Shown piece after piece: positions 7,772 to 16,581 of a stretch of 47,129 bases of DNA. Position 1 is the stretch's first letter, and each line of letters opens with the position of its first letter. The notes beneath the pieces are model-generated. The model searched no databases. It saw nothing but the letters and a program-made list of their open reading frames with translations, and was not told where the DNA came from. Position numbers and translations under genes: made by a program. Origin of the DNA: Candidatus Moraniibacteriota bacterium (GTDB taxonomy: Bacteria; Patescibacteriota; Minisyncoccia; Moranbacterales; UBA11712); the NCBI GenBank assembly GCA_026396255.1, contig JAPLXD010000011.1, positions 1 through 47,129 on the forward strand, given 5' to 3'.

Positions 7772-8867
7772 TGCCGCTGATTTGGATCATTCTCGGATCG
7801 ACGGCACGCGGATATATATCCAGAATCTGCTCAGGAATTTCGGCCATTTGAATAAAAATGACCGATTTTTGATATATCACAAAAGCAAATTCAACCCGCA
7901 GCTCAGATTTCCGATTTTTGAAAATTATGAAATCATCCAAAAGCCGTTTCCGTTTTGGTGGACGCAGACGCGGTTCGCGTGGGAAATGCTGCGCACCAAG
8001 CCGGATATTCTCTTCATGCCGATGCATTCCCTTCCATATTTGCGATCGAAAAAAATCAAAACCGTCGTCACGATCCACGATCTCGCTTTCAAATTTTTCC
8101 CTGACCATTTCCCCAAAAAAGATTTGCGCAGACTGAACTTTTTCACGGATCATGCCGTCGAAAACGCAGACAAGTTGATTACGATATCAAATTCGACCAA
8201 AAACGATCTCCTGAAAATTTATCCGAAAATAAACGCAGATAAGATAAAAGTCATCTATCATGGATATGACAAAGGGTTATTTAACAAGAATATATCTCGA
8301 GAACAAATATTAAAAATAAATACAAAATACAAAATACAAAATACAAAATACATAATTTTCGTCGGTACTATCCAGCCCCGCAAAAATATCGAAACATTGC
8401 TCGAAGCTTTTGAAATATTGAGAAAAAAAGAGAAATATAAAGATTTGGGACTCGTGATTGCTGGCTGTTCCGGCTGGCTGGCGGAAAATATTGTCGCAAA
8501 AATAAAAAAAACTCCGGGTGCGCTGATGACCGGAAAATTTGAGACCGAGGATTTGCCGGCGCTCATTGCCGGGGCGGAAGTTTTTGTTTTGCCCTCGCTC
8601 TATGAAGGATTTGGTTTGCCCGCTCTCGAAGCGATGGCATGCGGCACGCCCGTAGCTGTGGCCGACAATTCGAGTTTGTATGAAGTCGTTGAAGATGCCG
8701 GTCTTCTTTTTGATCCAAATTCAGGTCAAAAAATAGCCGATGCATTGCTCGAAATCCTGGAAAATGAAAAAATGCGAAACAGCTTGCGCGAAAAAGGGCT
8801 CGAGAGAGCCGAATATTTTTCCTGGGAGAAGTGCGCGAAAGAAACGCTGGAGTGGATAGAAATGTAG
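7755..8867 (+). CDS. Glycosyltransferase, GT4 (GT-B, RfaG-like)
   Basis: FVGTIQPRKN, VFVLPSLYEGFGLPALEAMACGTPVAVADNSSLYEVV (E-x7-E region). Confidence 0.85.
   Translation: MKIAVNAADLDHSRIDGTRIYIQNLLRNFGHLNKNDRFLIYHKSKFNPQLRFPIFENYEIIQKPFPFWWTQTRFAWEMLRTKPDILFMPMHSLPYLRSKKIKTVVTIHDLAFKFFPDHFPKKDLRRLNFFTDHAVENADKLITISNSTKNDLLKIYPKINADKIKVIYHGYDKGLFNKNISREQILKINTKYKIQNTKYIIFVGTIQPRKNIETLLEAFEILRKKEKYKDLGLVIAGCSGWLAENIVAKIKKTPGALMTGKFETEDLPALIAGAEVFVLPSLYEGFGLPALEAMACGTPVAVADNSSLYEVVEDAGLLFDPNSGQKIADALLEILENEKMRNSLREKGLERAEYFSWEKCAKETLEWIEM
8321..8355 (+). repeat. Heptanucleotide tandem repeat (TACAAAA)x4 plus one imperfect unit inside the glycosyltransferase CDS
   Basis: Perfect units at 8321-8327, 8328-8334, 8335-8341 and 8342-8348, then tacataa. 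Encodes NTKYKIQNTKY in the inter-domain linker. Confidence 0.9.
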
Positions 8868-8889
8868 AGCACGAGACAGTGCCTCGTCT

Positions 8890-9261
8890 CTATTCTCCTT
8901 TTATCAAGATTTTTTCCGCACCAATGAGAAGAGGAACGGAAATGGCGATCACGACCACGATTTCCCAGACATGCATCTTATAAAGACTCAAAACCAGCAT
9001 TATCGCGATAAGAAACAAGATAATGTTGATCAAATTGCGCGAGATGGCCTGAAATTTTGGATTTTCAGGCTTTTTTATATGCTTGCCGAATTTTGAATAG
9101 GCCAGCCCCAGAAGAAGGATGAAAATCAAAAGGTATTCCGGGTTGAAGTGGGCGCTGACAATGCCGGGCAGAACCAATTCAGGAACAAGCAAGATGAAAT
9201 AAGTCGCTATCAGGGCGGTCAAAAGATCCTTGGCTATTTTTGAAAAAATTTTTTGATACAT
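8890..9261 (-). CDS. Small integral membrane protein (about 4 TM)
   Basis: 123-aa hydrophobic ORF, co-oriented with and 6 nt from the upstream gene. No family recognised. Confidence 0.5.
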   Translation of the reverse strand: MYQKIFSKIAKDLLTALIATYFILLVPELVLPGIVSAHFNPEYLLIFILLLGLAYSKFGKHIKKPENPKFQAISRNLINIILFLIAIMLVLSLYKMHVWEIVVVIAISVPLLIGAEKILIKGE

Positions 9262-9267
9262 GACTTA

Positions 9268-10257
9268 TTACTTATAAAAGTATCTGTTCAGTACCGAAGC
9301 AACAATGTTTTTCAGTGATTCTTTGACGGTTGCGATTGATTTTTCGGAAGAAAAGCTGATTTTTGAAGCGGCCGGATGGATATTGTCAATCGCGCAATTT
9401 GTCGGAAAGTTCACTGTGAAAAGATAATATCCGCCAATGCCGGAAAGACTTGAACCGTCAAATTGGCAAGATATCCCTTTTGCGGCGTTTGGTGTTTCGC
9501 ATTTCAGGGCGCTTGCGGATCCCGGATCACTCACGGGGATGGCATAATTCTCCGGCCAGACCGAATCGAGAAGTTCCTTGCTCGCAATCGGATATTTTTT
9601 GCCGTCAGAAACAAGATAGAGAGCGTGCGAAGGAAAAGACTGGAAGATGGTTCCGTCCGGGTGGGGCATGGTCCACAAAAAGACCTTTTGGTCGGCACTC
9701 GGAAACTGGTCGATGTCCGATTGTTCAACGTCGATCATATTGTCGAAACTATATCCGAAAGCCAGCAGGATTTCCGGTCCGGGGAAAAGAATTTTTTTTC
9801 CGTGGGTGATGAGAAAAACTTCGTTTGTCGGCTTGAGGTGAAGAAGGGATCCGTTGGGGAATTTGGTTTTGTTGTCTTCAAAGAGAAGATTGCGCAACTG
9901 CTCTTCGGAAGTTATTGCGTCAGCGGTCGGATTGAGGAAGGCCTGATAGGTTTTTGCCAAACTCACTTCGGGCGCGGCGCTCGCGCAACTGGCTTTTTCG
10001 CTTTTTTTGAAGCTCATTAAAAGGTCAATATAGCGGAAGTTGCGCAAAGGGAAAACTCCAAATGTGAGCTGATTTGCATCGGGACTTTTTTCAATTTCGA
10101 ATTTGGAAAGCTTCGGATCATTCGGATAGAAGTTGTATGAATCTATCGGAAAAAAAACCAAATAGGCTCCAATGACTATGACAATCACGGGAATGAAAAG
10201 AATTGCCACCCGGATCATTCGATAAATTTTTTCAAGTTTTTCTTCAGTCATATGCAC
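9268..10257 (-). CDS. Membrane-anchored extracytoplasmic protein, unknown function
   Basis: 329 aa with an N-terminal TM (VAILFIPVIVIVIGAYLVFF). Two internally similar segments: VFLITHGKKILFPGPEILLAFGY and LYLVSDGKKYPIASKELLDSVW. Confidence 0.55.
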   Translation of the reverse strand: MHMTEEKLEKIYRMIRVAILFIPVIVIVIGAYLVFFPIDSYNFYPNDPKLSKFEIEKSPDANQLTFGVFPLRNFRYIDLLMSFKKSEKASCASAAPEVSLAKTYQAFLNPTADAITSEEQLRNLLFEDNKTKFPNGSLLHLKPTNEVFLITHGKKILFPGPEILLAFGYSFDNMIDVEQSDIDQFPSADQKVFLWTMPHPDGTIFQSFPSHALYLVSDGKKYPIASKELLDSVWPENYAIPVSDPGSASALKCETPNAAKGISCQFDGSSLSGIGGYYLFTVNFPTNCAIDNIHPAASKISFSSEKSIATVKESLKNIVASVLNRYFYK

Positions 10258-10383
10258 TCTTTCATATTAAACAAAGAAGCGCCTTGCGTCAAAGGTATGC
10301 ACCCCGCCAATTCTCAATGCCTGTATTTCATTGTGTATTTGTTGTGGTTTTAGCCGGTACGTAAAATTGATGTGGGGGACAAA

Positions 10384-10412
10384 TTGTCATCCTGTCAAAT
10401 TATAGGTATAAT
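10384..10412 (+). promoter_or_regulatory. Sigma-70-type promoter upstream of ftsA
   Basis: TTGTCA-17 nt-TATAAT. The -10 ends 10 nt before ATG 10423. Confidence 0.5.
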
Positions 10413-10422
10413 TGAACCAGCT

Positions 10423-11688
10423 ATGGGACTATTTTCCAAAATCATCGGACGAAGAAGCGGAGGCAATTTTGCGCTTTCTCTTGATATTGGAACGGAGGTT
10501 GTGAAAGCCCTTGTTTTCAAGATTGATGAGGAGTCGGGAAAAGGGATTGTGGCGGGTGTTGGACGGATTCGGCAAAAGCTGGGGGACATGCAATCGGGAG
10601 CGGTGAGTGATATTTCCAGCGTTGTTTCTTCATGTGAAAAAGCGATCGCGATCGCCGAAGAAATGGCAGGAATAAGAAGAGTTGAACAAGCGATTATGGG
10701 AATTGCAGGAGAGCTCGTGAAGGGATCGACCACGACCGTTCACTACGAAAGGCTGAAACCGGAAACGCGCATTGATCTGCCCGAGCTCAAAAATATTGTC
10801 CAAAAGGTTCAGTGGAAAGCTTTTGACCGCATCCGGCAGCAGCTGGCTTGGGAAACGGGGCACAGCGAGATCGACGTGAAGCTCATCAATGCGGCGATCG
10901 TGGATGTGCGAATTGACGGCTATCGAGTGACAAATCCCCTTGGTTTTCAGGGTCGCGATGTTTCCATCGGAATTTTCAACGCTTATGCTCCGATGGTTCA
11001 CTTGGGCGCCTTGCAAACAATTGCCGAGGAGTTGGATTTGGATCTTTTGAGCATTGCGGCCGAACCGTATGCTGTTGCGAGGTCAATGGGGATGGAAAAC
11101 ACAATGGATTTCAGTACAATTTTCATCGATATTGGTGGCGGAACGACGGATATCGCGGTGGTGCGAAACGGCGGCCTTGAGGGAACAAGAATGTTCGCGC
11201 TGGGCGGAAGAGCTTTCACAAAAAGATTGGCTCAGGAGCTGAACATCAATTTTGAGGAAGCGGAAATGCTCAAAATCAGATATGGTCGCGGAGAACTGAA
11301 TCGGGAAGTTGTTTTGAGATTGGAAAAAATATTTGAGGAGGATTGTCGGGTTTGGCTTGATGGCGTGGAACTTTCACTTTCGGAATACGCCGAAAGTGAC
11401 CTCCTGCCTTCAAGAATTTTGCTTTGCGGCGGCGGGTCGGCGCTCCCGGGAATCAAAAAAATTCTCACCAGTCCCGCGTGGCTCAAAAATCTTTCTTTTT
11501 CAAAACCGCCTTCTGTGAGCTTTCTTCAGCCAAAGGATGTTGTGAATATCCAAGATTTGACCGGCCTCCTGCGTGATCCCCAGGACATCACTCCGATGGG
11601 ACTGGCGAATCTCGCCCTTGAGCTTGTCGGGGAAGAGAAAGTATTGTCATCAATGCTCCGACGGGCGGTAAAAATGATGCAAAATTAA
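10423..11688 (+). CDS. ftsA: Cell division protein FtsA (actin-like ATPase)
   Basis: SLDIGTEVVKALVF (phosphate 1), FIDIGGGTTDIAVV (phosphate 2), LLCGGGSALPGI (adenosine motif), and a C-terminal amphipathic tail SSMLRRAVKMMQN. The ORF track extends to a GTG at 10372, but that lies upstream of the promoter. Confidence 0.7.
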   Translation: MGLFSKIIGRRSGGNFALSLDIGTEVVKALVFKIDEESGKGIVAGVGRIRQKLGDMQSGAVSDISSVVSSCEKAIAIAEEMAGIRRVEQAIMGIAGELVKGSTTTVHYERLKPETRIDLPELKNIVQKVQWKAFDRIRQQLAWETGHSEIDVKLINAAIVDVRIDGYRVTNPLGFQGRDVSIGIFNAYAPMVHLGALQTIAEELDLDLLSIAAEPYAVARSMGMENTMDFSTIFIDIGGGTTDIAVVRNGGLEGTRMFALGGRAFTKRLAQELNINFEEAEMLKIRYGRGELNREVVLRLEKIFEEDCRVWLDGVELSLSEYAESDLLPSRILLCGGGSALPGIKKILTSPAWLKNLSFSKPPSVSFLQPKDVVNIQDLTGLLRDPQDITPMGLANLALELVGEEKVLSSMLRRAVKMMQN

Positions 11689-11698
11689 AATTATAATC

Positions 11699-13702
11699 AT
11701 GCACAAAACCTTATACATCGACATCGACGAAGAGATCACTTCCATCATTGACCGGATGAGAAAAGCGGAAGCGAAAGAAGTTATTATTGTGGCGCCCAAA
11801 AACGCGATGCTCCTTCAGAGCATCGTCAATTTGAAATTACTCAAAAAAGAGGCTGATCGCCGGAAAAAACAACTTTTGATCATCACGCAGGACAAAATCG
11901 GAAAAAAACTGATTGAAAAGGCGGGAATTTTGGCGCAAGCCAAGCCCGGAAAAGATCTCTATCTAGATGCCGAACCGGACGAAAAATCATATGACCCGAT
12001 GTACGCGACCGAAGCCTCCCAAATCAAAGAAGAGCTGGAAAAAGAAGAACAAAAAAAAGAAATTGGCTCGAGCAACTTTTTTGATCAGCCATTACCAAAG
12101 GAACCCGAAATGGCTGTGGATGAGCCGGTATTGACCCCTGCGCCAAGGCAGGCCAGAGGAAGAAAGGCGCCGCAGGCAACAGCAAAAAGGCCGGCGATGA
12201 ATGAAAAGATGCCGTCCATCAGTCAAAATAGCGAGACAATTGACAAAAAAGAAGAAAAATCGCGCGTCAGTATGTCTGACATCGTGATGAATGATGTTCA
12301 ACCGAAAAAAAAGAAAGCAAAACCCGAGATTATTGAAATTGAGCAGGAACCGGAGCCTCAGCCAAAGGCTGACCAGCCTCGGGCTGGGGAAGATAAGCAA
12401 GACAAGAAAATACTGTTTTCAAATTCTTTCACTCAGGCCTATTCGGCGGCGAATGCAATTCCTTCGACCGTGAGCCGGGTTTCAATAAAGAAAGCGGACA
12501 AGTTTTTTCGCGGATCAAGAAAAATGAAAAAGGACTTTGAAATTGCGAGAGTGGGTGGCGGCGCGAAGAAATTTTTCATCTTTTTTGCGGGAATATTCGT
12601 TTTACTGGCCGCGTTGGCTGCCGCCTATTTCTTTTTTCCGAAGGCAACGCTCGCTTTGCAGATCAAAAATCAGGAAAAATCAGTTTCGCTTGATCTGACG
12701 GCTGCCGCGCAAAACAATGGTACTAGTATATCCGACAAAACATTGCCGGCAAATCTGGAGCAAATCACGAAAGACGCAACAGAAGATTTTGATGCGACCG
12801 GATCAAAGGACGGAGGCGCGAAAGCGACCGGCCAAGCGGTCATATACAATGAATTCAGCGGTGAAAACCAGCCTTTGGTTGCCACGACTCGTCTTGAAAC
12901 GGGTGATGGAAAAATTTTCCGGATCACAAAAGGTGTCGTCGTTCCGGGAATGACGAACGTGGGCGGCGAAACAAAACCCGGCGCGATTCAAGTGGACATC
13001 GCGGCTGATCAGCCGGGCGACAGCTATAATATCGACCCCACAAGTTTCAAAATCCCCGGATTCAAGGACACTCCGGCAAAATATGAAAAATTTTCTGCGA
13101 AGTCGTCAAGTCCCACGACGGGCGGGTCGGCAGGCGCGGCCAAAGTGGTGACGGCGCAAGACATCGCCTCCGCGAAAGAGAAAATAGCCGTTGACGCGAA
13201 AAAAAGCGCCCTTGCGGAATTGAAAGGCGGCCTTTCGCCGGATCGCAAAATATTCGACGATGCAGTGCAGGTCGAGGTTCAAAATATTTCAATGTCCGAC
13301 AACGCCGGCGCCGAAAAAGAAAAGTTTTCCGCGACAGCCAAGCTGCAGGTCAGCGCGCTGTCTTTCCAGGAAGCGGACGTGAAGAAGTTGATGAAGGACA
13401 ATTTGGCGCAATCGGGCGCAAATGGAAGTGAAATATCCTTTGACAAGCCAATCACCTATGTCCTGGCCGATTCGAATATTGGGCAAAAAACGTTGAATTT
13501 TCAGGCCAAAACAGACGCCAAAATCGGAGCCGGCCTGGATGTCGAAAACTTCAAAAAAGGCATTTTGGGAAAAACCGAAGCCGACGCCCAAATATATGCC
13601 AAAAATTTCCCCGCCATCCAGCAGATGGACATCACTTTCTGGCCTTTTTTCGTCAACCGCATCCCGATGAGAGAGGGAAGAGTGGTTGTCGAGGTGAAGT
13701 GA
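11699..13702 (+). CDS. Large bitopic membrane protein, unknown function, in an operon with ftsA
   Basis: 667 aa. Conserved-looking N-terminal ~85 aa, a K/E/P-rich low-complexity linker, one TM (FFIFFAGIFVLLAALAAAYFFF), and a ~350-aa extracytoplasmic domain. Confidence 0.6.
   Translation: MHKTLYIDIDEEITSIIDRMRKAEAKEVIIVAPKNAMLLQSIVNLKLLKKEADRRKKQLLIITQDKIGKKLIEKAGILAQAKPGKDLYLDAEPDEKSYDPMYATEASQIKEELEKEEQKKEIGSSNFFDQPLPKEPEMAVDEPVLTPAPRQARGRKAPQATAKRPAMNEKMPSISQNSETIDKKEEKSRVSMSDIVMNDVQPKKKKAKPEIIEIEQEPEPQPKADQPRAGEDKQDKKILFSNSFTQAYSAANAIPSTVSRVSIKKADKFFRGSRKMKKDFEIARVGGGAKKFFIFFAGIFVLLAALAAAYFFFPKATLALQIKNQEKSVSLDLTAAAQNNGTSISDKTLPANLEQITKDATEDFDATGSKDGGAKATGQAVIYNEFSGENQPLVATTRLETGDGKIFRITKGVVVPGMTNVGGETKPGAIQVDIAADQPGDSYNIDPTSFKIPGFKDTPAKYEKFSAKSSSPTTGGSAGAAKVVTAQDIASAKEKIAVDAKKSALAELKGGLSPDRKIFDDAVQVEVQNISMSDNAGAEKEKFSATAKLQVSALSFQEADVKKLMKDNLAQSGANGSEISFDKPITYVLADSNIGQKTLNFQAKTDAKIGAGLDVENFKKGILGKTEADAQIYAKNFPAIQQMDITFWPFFVNRIPMREGRVVVEVK
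12357..12387 (+). repeat. 31-nt double-palindrome module, copy 1 (inside the 667-aa CDS)
   Basis: ctcagccaaaggctgaccagcctcgggctgg matches 20778-20808 at 30/31 positions. It contains cagcc-aaa-ggctg and ccagcc-tcg-ggctgg. Translated PQPKADQPRAG. Confidence 0.85.
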
Positions 13703-13707
13703 AAAAG

Positions 13708-13716
13708 TTATCCACA
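13708..13716 (+). promoter_or_regulatory. Perfect DnaA-box 9-mer TTATCCACA
   Basis: Exact consensus, 9 nt upstream of the -35 of the restriction-modification gene promoter. Confidence 0.5.
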
Positions 13717-13725
13717 GGCGGGGTC

Positions 13726-13754
13726 TTGCAGTGATATAATAATGGTGATATAGT
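13726..13754 (+). promoter_or_regulatory. Sigma-70-type promoter of the R-M gene
   Basis: TTGCAG-17 nt-TATAGT. Confidence 0.45.
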
Positions 13755-13803
13755 GATAGCGACTGATATCGTTAATAAAAATAATTATAAATAGAAAAAA
13801 ATT

Positions 13804-16179
13804 GTGAGTAATAATGAGCGCATAACGGAAAATATGGTCAGAAAAAAGCTGGAAAAGGCTGGCATAAGCGAGGCGAATGGATTTTTGATTGAGGAACAAA
13901 AAAGCCAAAGTCCGATAATCACAAATCTCTTAAAAAAATCCAGCAAATCGGGTGGTGGTCACGGCAAGCCTGAATTTTTGATTTCAAAAAATGACGAAAG
14001 AGATTTTATTCTGGTTATAGAATGCAAGCCCGACGGAAAACACCATGAATCCAAAGATAAAAATCAATTCAAGGACTATGCTGTCGATGGCGCTCTCTTG
14101 TACGCGGCGCATCTTTCAAAAGAATTTAATGTTATCGCGATTGGAATAAGCGGTCAAGCCGAAAGCTTATTAAAAATAAGTACTTTTTTGCATCCAAAAG
14201 GGGCATCAAGCGCGAATATTCTTTTTGACGAAAATAATCATCCAATTGAAAAAATTATTTCATGGAAAAGATACATCGATAGAGCAACGTTTGACCCAGC
14301 TCTGGCCAAAGCGCGTCATTCCGATCTTATGAAATTTTCACGCGAGCTTCACAATTATATGCGCGATTATGCAAAAATTACCGAAGCACAAAAGCCTCTA
14401 TTAGTGAGCGGGATACTGCTAGCTCTTATGGATAAGGGATTTGAAAAAGCATATATTGCCTATGAAGGAGAGGATCTAGCACAAGAAACTTTTCATGCCA
14501 TCAAGAGCGTCATAGGCAAAGCGCAACTGGGTGATACGCAAGATTCAAAAAAGAGGGCTGTAATCAACGCCTTCAGCTTCATTGAACATCATCCGGAACT
14601 TCACAAGATTGACAAGAAAAAAAATGAATCGCCTCTCCTTCATATAATTCGCGATTTGCATGTCCATGTGAATCCTTTCACGAAAGATCATTATGATTTT
14701 GATATCATAGGAAATTTTTACGGAGAATTTATTCGTTATACCGGGGGAGATGGCAAAGGACTGGGAATTGTTTTGACTCCAAAACATATCACGGATCTTT
14801 TCGCTGATCTTGCAAAACTCAACAAAAATTCAGTGGTTTTGGATACCTGTTGCGGCACGGGAGGCTTTTTGATTTCGGCAATGAAAAAAATGACAAAGGA
14901 TGTAAGTTCGGATGAAAAGAAATATATACTGGATAATTCCTTGATCGGTATTGAGCAGGAACCGCAAATGTTCGCGCTTGCAGTTTCAAATATGATTTTG
15001 CGTGGTGACGGGAAAACGAATCTTTACCAAGGATCCTGTTTCGACGAAACATTATTCGATAAAGTAAAAGGCAAAGCAAGCGCCGGATTCATCAATCCGC
15101 CCTATTCTCAAAAAGGAGAGGATCTGCATGAATGGAATTTTATCATTCAACTGCTCAACGCGCTTCAAAAAAATGCAGTCGGAATCGTGATTGTCCCGAT
15201 GTCATTGGCGATTGCCAAACATCCGCTTCGCGAACAACTTCTTAAAGAGCACCGACTCGAAGCAGTTATGAGCATGCCGGACGATCTTTTCTACCCCGCA
15301 GGATCTGTGCCTTGTATTATGTTATTTACTGCACATGTTCCACATGACAGCGATTCGCATCATGAAACCTGGTTTGGATATTGGAAAGATGACGGATTCA
15401 GAAAAGATAAAATACTAGGCAGAATTCCTAAAGATGAAAAATTATGGACAAAAATCAAAGAAAAATGGATTGTTGATTTTACTAATAGGAAAGAAATATT
15501 AGGAATATCCGCAAGACGAAAGGTTGGTATAAATGATGAGTGGTGCGCCGAAGCTTATTTGAAAACAAATTATGAAATCTTAGACCCAAAAGACTTTACA
15601 AAAACAGCTATTATGTTTGCCGCTTTCATGTTGGAAAACGGAGATATTTCATTCGCAAAAGAAATATTTGCTAATAAAAAGATAGTATTAAATCTTTCAG
15701 ATAGAAAATGGGAGTATTTCAGCATTGTAAATTTATTTGAACTCGAAAGGGGAAAATGCGGCAGCGCTGAAAAGCTTTTGGAAAAAGGGGATGAAATAAA
15801 CTATATTGGTGCAAAAAAGGAAAATAACGGTTTTATGTATAAAGTTGTAAGAGATGAAAAGTTTGTCACAAAGGGGAATGGTATAGTTTTCATAGGTGAT
15901 GGACAAGGGTCAGTTGGATATTCTACGTATCAGCCGAATGATTTTATCGGATCAACAACTTTATCTATCGGAAGAAATAAAAACTTAAACAGATATATAG
16001 GGCTTTTTATTGTCGCCCTTCTGGACAAGGAAAGATTTAAATATTCTTTTGGGAGAAAATGGAATGGAGAAAAATTGAAAAATACAAAAATAAAGCTTCC
16101 TGTCGATTCTTCTGGAAATCCTGATTGGCAATTTATGGAGGATTATATCAAATCATTACCGTATTCAGCTGAAATATAA
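13804..16179 (+). CDS. Single-polypeptide restriction-modification enzyme: PD-(D/E)xK nuclease, gamma-class N6-adenine methyltransferase and one HsdS-type target-recognition domain (Type IIG-like)
   Basis: N-terminal GKPEFLISKNDERDFILVIECK (ExK at 14020-14028; HsdR-N-like). Motif I DTCCGTGGFL (14842-14871). Motif IV NPPY (15094-15105). The C-terminal ~190 aa resemble one HsdS TRD half. No helicase/ATPase domain is present. The gene is AT-richer than its flanks by eye. Start is GTG 13804, or ATG 13834. Confidence 0.8.
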   Translation: MSNNERITENMVRKKLEKAGISEANGFLIEEQKSQSPIITNLLKKSSKSGGGHGKPEFLISKNDERDFILVIECKPDGKHHESKDKNQFKDYAVDGALLYAAHLSKEFNVIAIGISGQAESLLKISTFLHPKGASSANILFDENNHPIEKIISWKRYIDRATFDPALAKARHSDLMKFSRELHNYMRDYAKITEAQKPLLVSGILLALMDKGFEKAYIAYEGEDLAQETFHAIKSVIGKAQLGDTQDSKKRAVINAFSFIEHHPELHKIDKKKNESPLLHIIRDLHVHVNPFTKDHYDFDIIGNFYGEFIRYTGGDGKGLGIVLTPKHITDLFADLAKLNKNSVVLDTCCGTGGFLISAMKKMTKDVSSDEKKYILDNSLIGIEQEPQMFALAVSNMILRGDGKTNLYQGSCFDETLFDKVKGKASAGFINPPYSQKGEDLHEWNFIIQLLNALQKNAVGIVIVPMSLAIAKHPLREQLLKEHRLEAVMSMPDDLFYPAGSVPCIMLFTAHVPHDSDSHHETWFGYWKDDGFRKDKILGRIPKDEKLWTKIKEKWIVDFTNRKEILGISARRKVGINDEWCAEAYLKTNYEILDPKDFTKTAIMFAAFMLENGDISFAKEIFANKKIVLNLSDRKWEYFSIVNLFELERGKCGSAEKLLEKGDEINYIGAKKENNGFMYKVVRDEKFVTKGNGIVFIGDGQGSVGYSTYQPNDFIGSTTLSIGRNKNLNRYIGLFIVALLDKERFKYSFGRKWNGEKLKNTKIKLPVDSSGNPDWQFMEDYIKSLPYSAEI

Positions 16180-16457
16180 AAACTAGAGCCGGTGAGTTCG
16201 TCGCATCGGTGGAGTTTAAATAAAAAATAAGATAAAACAATGGCGAATCGCAAGCTAGGGAAAGGTCCTTATGTTCAGGACGAAGGTGGTGGAAAGCAAC
16301 CAAGAGCTAGAACAAAAAAAGGCTCGTGGCGAAGAAAAAGAAGCGACGCTAAGAAAAAATAGGGAACAAAAAAACAATGTGTGTTTGTTACAGCTTTTTC
16401 GCCCAAATTGAAAAATGGGGATGAGGATGAAAAACAGTAAAACAGCGCGAAGTTTTT

Positions 16458-16480
16458 CCAGCTCGAAAGGGCTGGTTTTT
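16458..16480 (+). terminator. Intrinsic terminator (GAAA tetraloop)
   Basis: ccagctc-gaaa-gggctgg (7 bp including one G-U) followed by ttttt. Confidence 0.6.
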
Positions 16481-16581
16481 CTTTGTGTTTAAAAAATTGA
16501 CTTTGCAAATACTGTTTGGTAGTCTTTTATCAAGGAATCCAGCACTTTCGACAATTCGAAAATATAAAGGGAGGGACGGAA

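Noticed and set aside
16275-16508. The 77-aa minus-strand ORF in the spacer after the R-M gene.
   Set aside because: It has no SD or promoter. It runs antisense through the GAAA-tetraloop terminator. Its composition is low-complexity (S/F/L-rich), typical of a chance ORF in AT-rich spacer.
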